A stretch of DNA of 56,310 nucleotides, filler included, from Jimgerdemannia flammicorona (Eukaryota), in the NCBI GenBank assembly GCA_003990765.1. It is 3 parts of 3 records of this genome, joined end to end, with 100 filler letters (N's around TTAATTAATTAA, not from the genome) between each part and the next. Parts side by side here need not be neighbours in the genome. Positions count along the whole stretch, not along the records: positions 1 to 18,716 come from RBNJ01002131.1; 2 more parts are not named here. One strand, written 5' to 3'. Positions 1 through 13,304 of the stretch are shown here, piece by piece. The number at the start of each line of letters is the position of its first letter. Within the stretch, counting starts at the first letter, position 1. The position numbers were made by a program, and so were the translations under genes. The notes beneath the pieces were generated by a model, which was not told the DNA's origin, made no database searches, and saw nothing but the letters and a program-made list of their open reading frames with translations.

Positions 1-613
1 AGTCACTTGGACTTTGCCATTTATTACCAATCTATCCCATAAATTATATTATTCCCTCCTACTACCCAATACCCCTAGGGAGCCCCCCACCTATACCCTC
101 ACACTTGAAAACCACTTTGCCCCCCACCACTCCAACTGTCCCCTCACTCTGCCCACAGATTTTCTCCACCAAATGGCACCTCTGACCTCCCTACAGCCCC
201 CATCCCAGCCACCAGCCTGTCAAGATGTCCTCCATCAACCCTTTCCACCTTGCCGACTGCTACCTCAAACTCAAGCACTTTCCTTCCTCAAAACCAAACA
301 GCCAGTGACCTGCCAGTCCCACCCATACTGCCAATACCCAACCCAAAGTCAGCAATAATAGATGTCGAGTTGCTTATGTATATCCCAAAAAAAAATTGTA
401 ATTGTTTCCCAATTTGGATCATCTGTGACTTATAGTAGAGCGGGATATTGTAAATATTATGAATCTTTCCTTCTATCCATTGTTTCTGATTTCCGCGCAG
501 AGATTTATATTATAAGCATTGTAATCCTATAAAGTTTCGTCATTACCATTTTCCACAAAAAATTGTAAGTATAAAATGGAGCCCTGTCGACTTTAATTTT
601 CATAAAGCAGAAT

Positions 614-1273
614 ATGGACAACAATTAATTCATTACAAAATTCCGACTATTTCCTAAAGCCTCGAGAACAGTTGCTTTTCACTCGCAACTTCCACGACAT
701 TAACCTCAGCTCGTCCAGCATTCCACCTTGTTTCCAATGGAGTCCCTTCTCCAATATTTGATTGGCGCAGACTACCCTGCCTCGGAGCTATATAACAGCG
801 TAATGCCGAACGGCGTCTTAACTAATGGACCTACTGCTGACCACATTGACATCCCTCCGATTTAGACCGGACCTTTAACAGCTGCCCTGATTCTGTACAA
901 CTTCCCTTCAACTCGGAGGCTTACGCCAGCAACCTTTCAAATGGCGGCACGATAAATCAAACAACGACGGAGTCAGGACCAATTCTTCAGCAGTTCTTTG
1001 CTAGTCCACCAGCATATTTATCTCCTTCTAACGTAAATGTTGCAGCCACTTCCGTCCCCTGGCCAATTTCGTATGAGGAATGTCCCGATTGTTTGAAAAG
1101 GAAGAGGCGATATCGCATTCATGCTACTGGTAGTAACGAACCCTCCCGGAATGATGTGCTTTGGATACAAATTGTACAAGAAGGGATTTCTAGGAATGCC
1201 CTACTCACATTGTTAACAGTTCAACAGGCTTTACCATGTTGACTATAAGTAGACTATAAATAGATGTTCCTAG
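614..1273 (+). pseudogene. Decayed paralogue of the Zn2Cys6-like gene at 4178-4861
   Basis: Collinear nucleotide similarity to 4178-4861 (cctaaagcctcgaga, cctcggagctatat, gaatgtcccgattgtttgaaaaggaagaggcg, ttggatacaaattg, gttgactata) with frameshifts and lost Cys codons. Similarity continues through the downstream poly-A. Confidence 0.8.
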
Positions 1274-4125
1274 TTCTCTAACACCGCCAACCTTCTACGG
1301 CTCGGTGTGTTTCAAAAAAAAAAAAAAAAAAAAAAAATGTCTGTATGTATTTATATGTCTGATACAATTGTATTGTATATAGTTATTATGAGGTAAAGAC
1401 TAAAAAAATTATGATATGGAAAACATGCAAAAATTAAGTAGAATTATATGTGGATATCCTTGGATTTCTACCTAAGTGCAACGGAATAGCCAGTTTGGTA
1501 TCCTTACGATCAGCAATGTGCAATGATCGTCGGTCAATTTAATTTTTTTCTTATTCCCATGGTTTGTGACGGAATTTACCACTTTGGATGGCTTTACGTA
1601 TAGGAGGTCAAATAAGGACTCCTGTACAAGGCAATTAACGTGTAGCTCATTTTCGGCAATCGTGGCTTCTGCACCGACCTACTAAAGTATGACCATTTTG
1701 GGAGAGTAGACTGCACCTCACGTCACGTGATCTCCTATCTGGACCAACCCAATTTGACCGGGCTATTTTGGAATTCTTTCAGCCAAGGCTATTTCCGGAA
1801 AAGCCGACCTGGAACCTGACCAATTGAAATTTGGGTCACGAGTACCAGATCGGGCCTTTCCGTCAGGGCTAACTCCCGAACAGCCGACCTGACCCTGCTG
1901 GGGATCCAAGAGTTGTGAAACCTTACGCGACTGTTCTGATAATGTGTCACAGAACGATATGACGATGACACAGCCCTAATGTACCATTGTTCTAATTCGC
2001 TTGACGCCCACTCCTCTTGGTATCTATATTACAATTATGATATTATTCCAATCTCACACGGATTTCAATACTTGCTGAAACACAACAGCTCAGTCCACTA
2101 GATGATAGACAACGGACCAGTATCGTGGGGGGCGTCGAATACAGATTTTATAATATATATATAATAAATAGCTTACCTGGAATAAATCAAACGATGAGCA
2201 TTGCATACGGAACTAGCGTCTATGAGTTTCTCCAAGTTCTGAATCCATCTGCAGTGCTATTTCAAACCCTGGTAACATCACACGGCAAGCCCGGACCCCG
2301 CAGCAACGTGGGAGGATCTCCATTCCAAAATTGGTGAGTGATTTACCGGCATGGCTACACTCGGGATTGCGAGGACTTCGAATATCACACGGCCCTCATG
2401 CTACCCAGATCCTAAGGCACCGAAGCTACGGATTTCTAAGGACATTCCAAATGGCGACGTCCTAACCTATCCAATTAGATTACTTGCGGTGTTTAAATGC
2501 TCGATTCCGATGGGACCAATTAATTATTGGACTTCCCTTCCAAATCTGAAACACTTTGTGCATGTGATGTTTCTGACGGTTTTGGTCATAGCATGCCCAA
2601 GTTAATGATATGATATCGATATGGTATTGAAAAGTGTCACCAGGTTTTACCCCACGAACCAACATAATCTCGGCCTTTATGTAGAGCGTTTATTTGTATA
2701 TACACCTATACATAAAACGACCCTAAAGGTGGCAAATTCGGGTAAACGTAAGGACACGTGGACGTAAATAAAAGATAGAAGGTAGACGGACGGGACATCC
2801 CCGTCCCGTGTTTGTTTTCGAAATTTAACAGCTTCATACTTGATCTTTACCCTCCGCACGTTTTTCATTGTAACTCCACGACGGATAGGAACTTAGGTTT
2901 GTTAGAATGAGGGAAGGTCAAAGCTACGGATCATCAAAGTCGGATCAGAAAGCATGATTCCGTTGGGATCGGCCTTCCCGTCGTGACAGGAATTTCGTAG
3001 GACCAGATCGACAACGGTCACGGCTTAGCTATTACTTACCGAACGGGAAGGTATATATTTGGAAGTGGCCGAAACTGTCATCGTAGCACGGCACACCGAT
3101 TCCGATTTCCGATCCAGGCCACAGTTTATTAATGGATTTTTTGTAATAGTGCTTGCTGTTTCCAACGTGCCCCAGTTCTAAAGAACAAAAACTAATAACC
3201 TGTCCACGGTTTTGCCTTCTCCACAATGTTGAAACACCCACCGCTGCAATGTTATATATTTACATAATTCATTTCGTAGACTACGACCATCCTCCTAACA
3301 AACGTGCAGCCACAACATTCCCATCTTCCAAATCTAAGAAGGAGGATGACATTGCGCCAAAGGTGAAACCGTAGCACGCAGCATACAAAATTAGTAATTA
3401 TTTTGGCATGCATCGATGTAAATACGGCTGACCCAACGTTGAAATTAAGGGGCATATACTCCATCTCTTCCTCCTAAATAGATAAACAAAACAAAATATA
3501 AAATCATACACGGGATACCGAATTAGGCTTCGGGCATTTTTGCGTGTCACAGAGAGCTAAATCGCAACCGAATCTAACCTTGGGATGGTATGTAAAATAA
3601 TGACCGTGGGTGTCGCGATTGGATCCGGATAGAGCCGGATTACGAGAAGTCAGCATGAGAACAAGCCGCACCTTGCGAAAGGAAGGCCTTCCGACGGATA
3701 CTGATAAGTAGTCCCAAAAAAAAAAAATTGAAAGCCCCATTTCAAACATGTGGTCCAAGCAGTCTAACGATGTTAACAACCGGGTCGGGCTCGGACCATC
3801 TCAAAAGACACTTGTGCAATAGTTTCACATGTAAGTGCTGTGTACGGTAAGTTAATTTATTCCCTTTTTGATCACATGATATTTCGTGCAGATTTGGATA
3901 TAGTTTGGATTGTGATTGTCTGCCTCTTTGTTCATGTGTGTGATTTCTTTCAAACTCGCCGTCATCACTGATCTTCCATACATATCTGCATATGGTAAGT
4001 AATTTGACCATCTCCCTTTTTCCGATCTGAGCTGCATACTTTTAGTATTATAATTATACAGAGTTTCTTCATTTCAACTCTTATAACATCAATATTTGTT
4101 AATGTATGCTCCTCGCACAAAGTTG

Positions 4126-4136
4126 TATATATAAAA
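4126..4136 (+). promoter_or_regulatory. TATA-box-like element
   Basis: TATATATAAAA about 45 bp upstream of the ATG at 4178. Confidence 0.4.
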
Positions 4137-4177
4137 TTGGTTCCTTCGCTTCATTCGACTTAAGTTGCCATTAAGCC

Positions 4178-4861
4178 ATGAGCATTAATTCGCACACCAC
4201 ACAATTCCGGAGGATTCTCCCAAAGCCTCGAGAGCCGTTGCCATCCTTTCGCGACCCCCACGAAATCGACCTCCGTTCGTCTAACATACCGCCTGGTTTC
4301 CAGTGTCTCTTCTGCCAATATAAAATTTGCCCAGTCCATACTACCTCGGAGCTATATGGCAGCGTAATACCGAACGCCGACTCAACCAGTGGACGTACTC
4401 CCGCCTATACGGACACCCTTCCAACTGCTGGCGTATTGGACCAAAGCCTGCAGAGCCACCCTGAGGATATACTACTTCATTTCATTTCGAATACCAGCGC
4501 CGGCAGCTTTCCTAATGGCGACCCAATCAATCAAGCAACCCCAAGCCCAGGGCCAACCTTTCAACAGCCTTTCACCTGTCCACCATCTTTTCCATCTCCT
4601 CCCAGCGCGAGAGTCACACAACGGACGTCCACCGAATCCGCCTTCAGCCCCATGCCTATTCCGTATAAGGAATGTTCCGATTGTTCGAAGAGGAAGAGAC
4701 GGTGTCGCATTCACGCTACCGGCAGGACCGCAAAACGGAACCCTCCCGGAAAAGTTTGCGTTGGATGCAAATTGGATAAGAAAAAATGTCTAGGAATACC
4801 TTGCACCCGTTGTAAACAATTCAGCAGGCTTTGCCACGTTGACTATATAAGACGGCCCTAG
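4178..4861 (+). CDS. Small intronless zinc-finger protein with a C-terminal Zn(II)2Cys6-like cluster (putative transcription factor), 227 aa
   Basis: CVGCKLDKKKCLGIPCTRCKQFSRLC (C-x2-C-x6-C-x4-C-x2-C-x6-C), preceded by CSDCSKRKRRCRIH. Pro/Ser-rich middle, upstream TATA, two paralogues nearby. Confidence 0.75.
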   Translation: MSINSHTTQFRRILPKPREPLPSFRDPHEIDLRSSNIPPGFQCLFCQYKICPVHTTSELYGSVIPNADSTSGRTPAYTDTLPTAGVLDQSLQSHPEDILLHFISNTSAGSFPNGDPINQATPSPGPTFQQPFTCPPSFPSPPSARVTQRTSTESAFSPMPIPYKECSDCSKRKRRCRIHATGRTAKRNPPGKVCVGCKLDKKKCLGIPCTRCKQFSRLCHVDYIRRP

Positions 4862-4903
4862 ATCTCAAACGCCGACCACTTTATACACTCGTGTATACGA
4901 CAG

Positions 4904-4940
<37 letters not shown>

Positions 4941-5239
4941 TAGGTTACTTGTACGTATTTAAATAGTTTGATACAATACCATAGCATGGTTGAGGTAGAA
5001 ACAAAACCCCTTTGGAACAAAATTTATATGTCAAATCTATTGTTGATTAGTTTATATATTATATGACAATTATGAATAAAATCATGGGAGGCTTTAAGGG
5101 TATCGTTTTCTCTATTTTTCCAATTCTATCGTAGGCACGCCACTATCCAGTCTCTATGGAAACGTCACAGACCGGGTTTGGCGTTCCGTTGGTGTGCAGT
5201 GTGACCGGAATTTTCAAGCACCGCGCAAATGGGAACAGT

Positions 5240-5286
5240 GTCGCTTCCGTTGCGCCGTCGCTTCCGCTGCGCCGTCACTTCCGCTG
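5240..5286 (+). repeat. 17-bp tandem repeat, about 2.8 copies
   Basis: gtcgcttccgttgcgcc gtcgcttccgctgcgcc gtcacttccgctg. Confidence 0.7.
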
Positions 5287-8157
5287 GTTGGCTGAGGCCA
5301 TTGTTGACTACAAAGATAGTCATTGTGCGAATAGGCCGTGCGTCATATCATTGACTACGGTCAATGCACATTCTGACTCAACGCCCGATCATTGGATATA
5401 GTTCCCAAACAGGATCCGGCCCGCGTTAACGACCCAAAGGTAGTGAATCATCCGAAACCATGTGCGTGTGGTATAATTGACCTACGGTCGACGCACATTC
5501 GAAATCAACAGTGCCCTCGCATTTTCCCAACGGGATCCGGCCGGCCGGCGAAAGCCGGTCGACAGAGGTTGTTGCAGTCGCCAAAGCTGTTATCATGTGT
5601 GATTGTTTACCGCTTAGAATGCGCCCCCAATATCGGTATACCATACTTGCCCACACGGATTAACCAGACACTTCCGTCGTAGTCATGTCCACCAAATTGG
5701 TGCAGCGGCTCGTGAGAAGAAATATTATTCACACACTTAAAGTTTATTTAGGAATACACGCAAGTAGGAGGTGATAGGTGCCAAAATAAAAGGGAGGGGG
5801 AAAGAATTGAGATAGATATCTGGCCCATATCCTTTCATGAAAACATTTATTTTTCATTTTTAAATTTAGGTTGTTCAAATGCACGCGTATGGCACATACA
5901 GAAGCTTAGGCTCCCAAATGAAAGGGCTGAACAAGTTAAATATTTAATTCATTTCGCGTCCAGCTCGCTTCGCCACCTTGCAACGTATAACCTGTAACTT
6001 CTCCACCCTCGTTGTTACACATATGGCCGCAGCATAAAAATTTATGGTCTAGTCAGCCAACCTGATCCGGCAATTTATGAGTCACAGGATCAAAGAGGAC
6101 AGCGAGCCGACCGGATCCGATCGTATTTGGGACCCGATGCTTGAGTAGCAAGATAGAAATTAGGGTCATGACCGCCAGATTAGACCTTTTCACCAAACCT
6201 GATCTGTCAATTTTGTTGGGTCACAGGATGTGTTTGGGATAATGCTGGGGAGATGCACACCATTAAGCACAATTCTTGCTCCTAGGGTCAAATCCAGACC
6301 GGTCAACCTGACCCGGGTCGTGATCTGGACATGCAAAATCCGATACGGAGGGGCACACCGCTCGGCAAATTCGGTCAATAGAAGTTTGGGCTATGAGTAC
6401 CTGCCTGACCAAGCCTTTCAGCCAGGGCCAATTATCGGCTGATCCGGCGACAGGATTGTTGTGTCACAGGATTGGGTTCGGGACAATACCAGACCCACGC
6501 TGGGGGCCGGGGCCCGACCGAATTCCGTCAAAAGGAGTAAGGGTCATGACAATTTAGTTGAGTCAAGGATTGTTGAGTCCGAGCCAATGCCAAACCTCAC
6601 CCTGTGGGGCTGAGGGAACACAGCGCCCAGCAGAATTCTTCTACAGAAATTAGGATCACAAGTACCAGATCAGATTTGCCAACATTTGTATAACTTTATG
6701 GGACGGAACACTGCTTTGAGGTTCCGACACAAGAATATCACGAGAACCCGGATCCAATGTCCCGTACGTCAATGTTCTATATATATCACTCAACGCCCAA
6801 GTTCTCAAACCTTTCATTTATGTGTTACATTGCAGTCATGCTTTCAATCTTGTGACAAACATCCAGACTTGCCCTAACAACCGGAAATAAAGAAAGAAGC
6901 GGGAACAAGATCTAAATCCATCTGCAGCATTGTTTACATTTATTCGAAAGAAGGGAGTAAGAGTGCAAAGGAACCTTAATTGTGTTCTGTAGGGGAATTT
7001 ATGACGGGAGTGGCTGCCCTAATCCCGGAACCCGGAATCAATTTTTGTAGCAGCGTAGCAGTGCGGCGAGGCCGCCGACAATCTAAAATTGGGGAAGGAT
7101 TTACCTACATTATGTCATCGTAACCTAGCCAATTTCCCCGCATTTAATAAAATAAAATTAAAACTCTCGGGCGAAGGGTCGTACTGCACCAATGAAACGG
7201 CTTTATTTCACGCAGCCAACAAGGAAAACCCATTTGTGTATAACCGTTCCATCGTCAAAGATTTACCCTTGTTAGCATATATATTTGGCTCGCTTAACAG
7301 ACGGTCATTAGAAATTAAGGGTGTATAGGTCAGTTTTCGAACATTTATTTCTCATCGAAGGTACTCATTCAAACATCACGAATAAGCGCGAAAATATATA
7401 CGCAAGTTCTCGACAGCCTGCTGACCTTGTAGCTAGTGTTGGCTATGGATATAGGGGTTAAATAGTTGACAATGCTCCAAGCACCCCTCCATTGCGCTTT
7501 TCCGAAAGAGCTGACCGGTAGATGGGAAGGGCAACCCGTCGAACTTATGACTTGCGCGAATGACCCTGGGAAACCGATTTCGATGGAAGGATGTGAGAGT
7601 GGAAAACACATCCCAACATGGTTTTGAATTATGCCAAATGGGCTACGCGGTTAATGCTGGAGAGCTGCGCTGACAGTTGGCTTGACATAAGCTTTATCTA
7701 AGGTTTTATTAGGATCCTGCAATCACTTCCCTTTGGATAAGACGCAGTTGCATGGAACCATGATGTCAATGTTAATGTAAGTTGTGAAATGACTATCCCA
7801 TGCAACTAATCGCCTACGTGGTTCCCATATATGCTGTCTTTGCTCAATTAACGTCATTCAAGGTGAAAACCAAAAAAGAGAACCAAAGATATGCATACAG
7901 CTTCGCCGTAGAAGTTTTCATTCATTTTAGCCTATTGTCGTCTTGAATCTTAAATTGATGATATAAACTAATTGAAAATACATTTAATGGATAAAGTTAT
8001 AGAATTTTTTTCTCATCATAAGTGCATGCTATGCCATTGTAATAAACCATATAAATATATATTAATAAGTAAGTCATATGTCAGTTGGAACATGTTAATT
8101 CGATGGACGACAAAGCGAGTCCGCAGAGGTTGGCGGCAAAGCCTCTAAATTTGATAT

Positions 8158-8837
8158 CTAGGACGGCCTTACTTTATCTTCAATATAACAAAGCCTACCT
8201 AAGTAATTACAACGATGGCAGAGTGCACTTCGACATCCCTTCTTATCCAATTTGCATCCTACTCAAACATTTCCCGGTGGGTTGCGTCTGGTGGTGCCAT
8301 CGGTAAAGTGAGCGCCTCATCGCCTTTTCCTCCTCGAACAGTCTAGGCACTCCTTATAAGGAATAGGCTGGATATGAAAGTTGTTTCGGGAGACATCAGT
8401 GAGGCAACATTCTCGCTGGGAGGAGATGGAGAAGAATGTGGGTTGGCAGAGGACTTCTGGCGAATTGGCCATAGCTCCATCGTCGTTTTATATATCGTCA
8501 CTATTTGGGAAGTAGCCATCGTAGGTTTCCAAGCTGCAGAGAGGTTGTCGGGAATCAGGACTGCTGTGCAAGCTTCGGTCCAAAACCCCAGTTGGAAGGG
8601 TGCCCGCGTTGTAGGGAGTTGAACCACTGGTTGAGACGATATTCGCCATTACGATGTCATGAAGCTCCGACTAGGGGTGGGTTTGAAAGATATTCATGTT
8701 GGCTTCTTGCCAAATCGGATAGGGATTGAAGAGAAACAAGGGTTAGAAATAAGAAGGTATTCAATATTATGAAGATAGCAATGTCTCGAGGCTTTGGGAG
8801 AATGACGGAGTATTGTGCGGTATGAATTTTTGCTCAT
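8158..8837 (-). pseudogene. Inverted decayed paralogue of the Zn2Cys6-like gene
   Basis: Minus strand reads MSKNS..(frameshift)..ILPKPRD...SELHDIVMANIVSTSG...PYKECLDCSRRKRR*GAH...RNPPGNV*VGCKLDKKGCRSALCHRCNYLGRLC. It contains frameshifts and TAA/TGA stops. Confidence 0.85.
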
Positions 8838-9079
8838 GTTCTGTTCATGAAAATTATACATGCGGGTTTGGTCTGGCCAGATATATGGTACATGTATGCA
8901 GTATATTTGGAGGCGTTCGGACGCGGAAAGCCTGAAGATGCTATTTTTTCTTTTTGATCAAAACCAAATGGATGCGTTGCGCTATCAAGATTTGCCTTCT
9001 AGAGTGTATACGAAAGGAGAGAGTTAGAGGTGGATATATGGACGACATTCTGGTTGCGCGTATTTAAAATACAAAGAAT

Positions 9080-9469
9080 TGTGACGTGCTCCGAGTGTCA
9101 TTCGTAGTATGTATACCTATTTTGATGTATAATACTAAATAGGGAATAGGCGGACTTTAAGTCTGGATTTCCTGATTTAGTATAGAAAATAGGTAGAGCT
9201 GAAATTGCATCCTCAGCATGCCGATATAGACACTACCTCCACCTAGCCACCAAATATCTCAGCAATGCTGAATAACTTAGCCACATACTTAGCCACAATA
9301 TAGCATAGCAAACTTGTATAAATTACCCAGTATCAAGAGTGAATAAACCTCAGATTGAAACAGTTCAAACATACACACTGTTCAGCCTCACCAATAACTG
9401 ATACCAGGAGTCAAAGAAGTAAAAAAAGTCAAAATAAGAAATATGATGTACTTTCCGAGATACGTTACA
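9080..9469 (+). mobile_element. Probable solo LTR, about 390 bp
   Basis: Termini TGTGACG...CGTTACA form an imperfect inverted repeat. Internal TATA (tgtataaattaccc) is followed by AATAAA, the interior is CpG-poor, and the core resembles 19785-19890. No clear TSD. Confidence 0.55.
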
Positions 9470-12259
9470 CTATAATAATTAATATTATCCCAAACGGAAT
9501 TTGTGCTCATGGTAGAATCCTTTCAATGTGAATTTCGCTAACAAAGCAAACAGAATCACTTTCGATTTCGGGTTGCGTAAACCATTAAAATGTTGGTTCC
9601 TGCAAAAAGCCCGCCCGCAACCGGGCCTAGCCGTAATTATCTGGAGCCTCATGGTGACGCCGCCAAGCTGTCACACCAACATCGAGGATCGCTGCCGTGC
9701 ACACCTAGGCCACACCGATCGAAGTAGCTACGTGAGATTTCAATAAGCCCCGGATTGGTGCAGAGAGAATGGGGCGGCAGCCAGGTGCCGCTCACGCCAT
9801 CGCAATCGATTAAGGGGCTCCTGAGGGTGACCGGTACATTTCTGACGTTCAAGGTAAGACGACGTCGTGGTAGATTCCGCTGCCGGTCTAGATATATGAG
9901 AAATATGTATGCTAACAAGAGTAAATATTTGGCAATACGAACGCTATTAAATGAATGTTTTCAATATTGCGAGGATATGTGAAATGAATTTTTAAATGTG
10001 CCGTTTCATTAGCGCCATTTCAAACCCCGCACGGATACGAAAATAGCAGTCGTTGCCGCAAGGTTAGGATGTGACCATGTAGGTATATACCAATTTTGGA
10101 AAGTCTGTCGAAAGAGGGGTATCCGAGCTTCGGATAGCGCGAATAAGCGGGGCGTGTGATATTTGAAAGTAATCCAGGGATCTAAAGGTAATAGGCATAT
10201 AAATCTCTCCCCGAATTGGGAATATCTACCAAAGTAGGGATTCCCGGTTTGCACGAGTGTGTCGTGCGGCATTTAGAGTCACCGCAATACGGGAATTCGC
10301 AAGTAAGGCTAGAATGTGGCCATGCAGGTAAATCCCTCCCCAATTTTAGAATTTTTTCTGTGGCAATCCCTGCCCATGCAGGTTAACCCCTTCTTTGGCC
10401 TCCCCACGAAGTGTTATGGCGTATGGAAAAAATAATCAGACAATATTTTTCAGGGGCGATTTCAAAAACCGCCAGAATACGGAAGTAAACCGTTTTCGTA
10501 GGAATACCCACAGTCAAAGTTATATTCCATTAGGAAGAAAATTTTTCCGATAAAAGAAGGCTTTATTTGCCGTCCAGCTGCCATATTTAATTACACGCTG
10601 AAAAATAGAGCGCCAAATAATTCTTTTTCCGATGTTACCGCTCCGGATCAAACCGATCACTAAAAGCACGACAATCAGGTTGCCATATCTGGCCAAAAAA
10701 AAAAACGACATTGAAGACTTCGCGTTCAGGTACCATTTGTTACACTCTGAGGTAGCACCTTTAACTTTTGAGATAGTCCATTGTTCAGAAATCATTTGAT
10801 GGCAGGTCAAAAAAAACCCCCCAGGCCCAAATTTTAATCACGTTGATGGCATTTACAAGTCGGCGAATGTGCCCCGAAAATTGTTAAATTTTCCTAGGGA
10901 AAGGAGGTTTTGCGGATCTAAACCCCTTTCGGTAAATCGAAAGTCAGCAAGTTAGGCTGCATACTCGTAATGTTTTAAACGTTACCATCTCGTAATAGCT
11001 TTCATCTTGCTTGCCTAATTGTTTATTTAGGGATCTTCCACAACATATGTGATTAATAATATTAATAGTAGATCCCCTCATAAAATTGCAAATACGTTGC
11101 TATAGAAACCGTTTAACAATGCTTATAAAATATTGTGATGTACAAATTGCGTGTATTCGTCGATAAGCTGGGCGCTTGGCGTGGAGTTGCAGGCGCTTTA
11201 TCGGACGGTCGGTCCCGCGTGAGTCACATATGCCTACACAATTCCCTGGATTATACACCAATATAACCTTGTGTGGAAGAGGGTATACAATCAATAATAC
11301 ACATGCAACAGTGACACTATATTCGCACCATAATTTTGATTCTCTTTAAATTATACAAAGGAGATGCTCGCCAATGCTAACGTAAAAAAATCACATCACC
11401 CTGGCAATAGTTCTTGCCTGGTACCTTTACCAAAATCGGCATCCACGATACTACTTTAACTGATGGAATCAGTAATAATGTAAATCTTTCACGCGACGTC
11501 ACAACACAGCACAGAGGGGGTAGGTGGTATTCACTTTAAAACCAGGCTTCCGAGCCAAACTGAAAACGGGCTATCTTAGAACAGTTTCGTTAAATAATGC
11601 GGGAAGCCGTTAGGCGAGCACCAGGTGTAGGGCAATCGTAATTAATGTCACGTGAATGTCACCGATCAACCCACAGACACAACTTGAAGCTCTCTTCTTT
11701 TCGAAAGTAATACTTAGACAAAGTCTATACTCGGCTGGATTTGCTTCTATTCACATGCACTTACTGCTCGAACGTCCATTGGTAAGAAACCACATTCAAC
11801 CCCTAATAAACGCCCTTTTCAATAACTTCCAGCCTGTTCACCTCAAATATAGCCAGGAGCATTGGAAGCGAGAAAGCCATGAATGTCCGAGTTTTGTCGA
11901 TGAGACACTCGATGACGCGAAAGATGTGGTCTTCACCCTGGTTTACGAAAACAGGCCTCTGGCAGGTGTATGAAATGGGAACTCTGCTGAGCAACATGTA
12001 AGAGTCGATGTTTGGTTAAAGCTCTGGAAATTTTATTTCGATATTTTTCTCAGCTTTCAGACGAAATAATTTCTGCCGAACGTTCCTGACAACAAACACA
12101 TTTCCGCTGGCTGCACCTGTTCCAACCGCGGCTACAGGCGTACACGCTCGCGCCGAGCTACAGATCCACAACTTCTGCGTTAAACACTGCCTTGAAGTTG
12201 ACCACCAGTGCGGATCGTTGGGTATCTGGGGAAGGAGAACAAGGAGCGCAAGCCCGAAC

Positions 12260-12591
12260 TAGTGCTCCCAAACGAATCGAATTGGGGTTGATTCGAATTG
12301 AATCGAATTGAGGATTTTTAGATTTGAATTTGATTTGATTTGATTTGATTTGATTCGAATTGAGGTCTGATTTGATTTGAATTAAGAGTCAAACTTTGAA
12401 ATGCAAAAACTCAACAAAAATATGTCCAAGTTTGAGGATCTTTGCTGTGCTAGATTTCCCTAGAAAAGGGGAATTTAACAAGTTAAATTATGTCAAATTC
12501 GGACATGTTTACATTGAGTAATTGAATTTTGAAAATTAAAGTTCAAATCGAAACTCGAATCGAATTGGACCTCGATTCGTTCCGAGCACTA
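12260..12591. mobile_element. hAT-type MITE, 332 bp
   Basis: TIRs TAGTGCTC..AACGAATCGA / TCGATTCGTT..GAGCACTA. Perfect 8-bp TSD GCCCGAAC at 12252-12259 and 12592-12599. Subterminal GAATT/GATTT pentamer repeats. Confidence 0.9.
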
Positions 12592-13263
12592 GCCCGAACC
12601 CGCCATGTAGCCAGGGTCAGGTACTGCAAAGCGGCAAAAGGCAATAGCGACACCGGCATCCGTCCCCAGGGAAAGGAGCATGCCCAACAACGGGCTGGGG
12701 CTGACCGAGCGGCGCCCTTTTTATCTTAAATCTTTGGGAGATGGGTGTGTGTTCACTAGTGATAATTACCTTTTTTGTTTAATTTCGATTAACTTCAGAC
12801 AAAGAGAGACAGACCAGATTGCAACACAGATGTCGTTAGAGCGCGAAAATTTCTTTCAGAATGGATCGAAGCCTTCGAATTAAAATCTCACCATAGTCAA
12901 AGGACAACCTATAGGTATTTGGTTTCTGATATTGACAACGGTTGTTTTGGATTTTATGTATAATTCAATGAATATTGACATCACGAAGGTTTCCATTTTT
13001 TCATTTTTCATATTAATATTTATATGTTGTGCGGAGCAAATTTATAATAGGATACTTTGTGTATTTGTCGTTGATTGCGATAATACGTTTGTCAATGGAA
13101 CACGATTCCTCGCTTGCCATGCTTTCTGTTTGGTTCGTGTTATAACCAGTCACTCTAATTGTGTCACCAGTTTCCCCGCACAAAATCATTTTACAGTGTT
13201 CAGGATATCAAGGCCGTGCGCAGATGGTAAAGAAATCTCACACAAGACACGACAATCCAATAT

Positions 13264-13304
<41 letters not shown>

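Noticed and set aside
14..455. Pro-rich ORFs and a PPT-like agagcgggatat-TGTAA junction at the contig start
   Set aside because: CpG-poor and probably a retroelement remnant, but there is no diagnostic motif or matching LTR end to support a call.
1314..4938. Poly-A tracts after the intronless Zn-cluster genes, suggesting retrocopies
   Set aside because: Homology between the copies continues beyond the poly-A and no TSDs are visible, which fits DNA-level duplication. Homopolymers are common in this window.
8240..8320. Two in-frame TGA codons exactly at conserved Cys positions of the inverted Zn-cluster copy, suggesting selenocysteine or recoding
   Set aside because: The same copy has a frameshift near the start, an in-frame TAA and more frameshifts, so it is simply a pseudogene. 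No SECIS was identified.
11580..12200. Possible spliced minus-strand gene remnant beside the MITE
   Set aside because: No recognisable domain and no consistent exon chain could be built.
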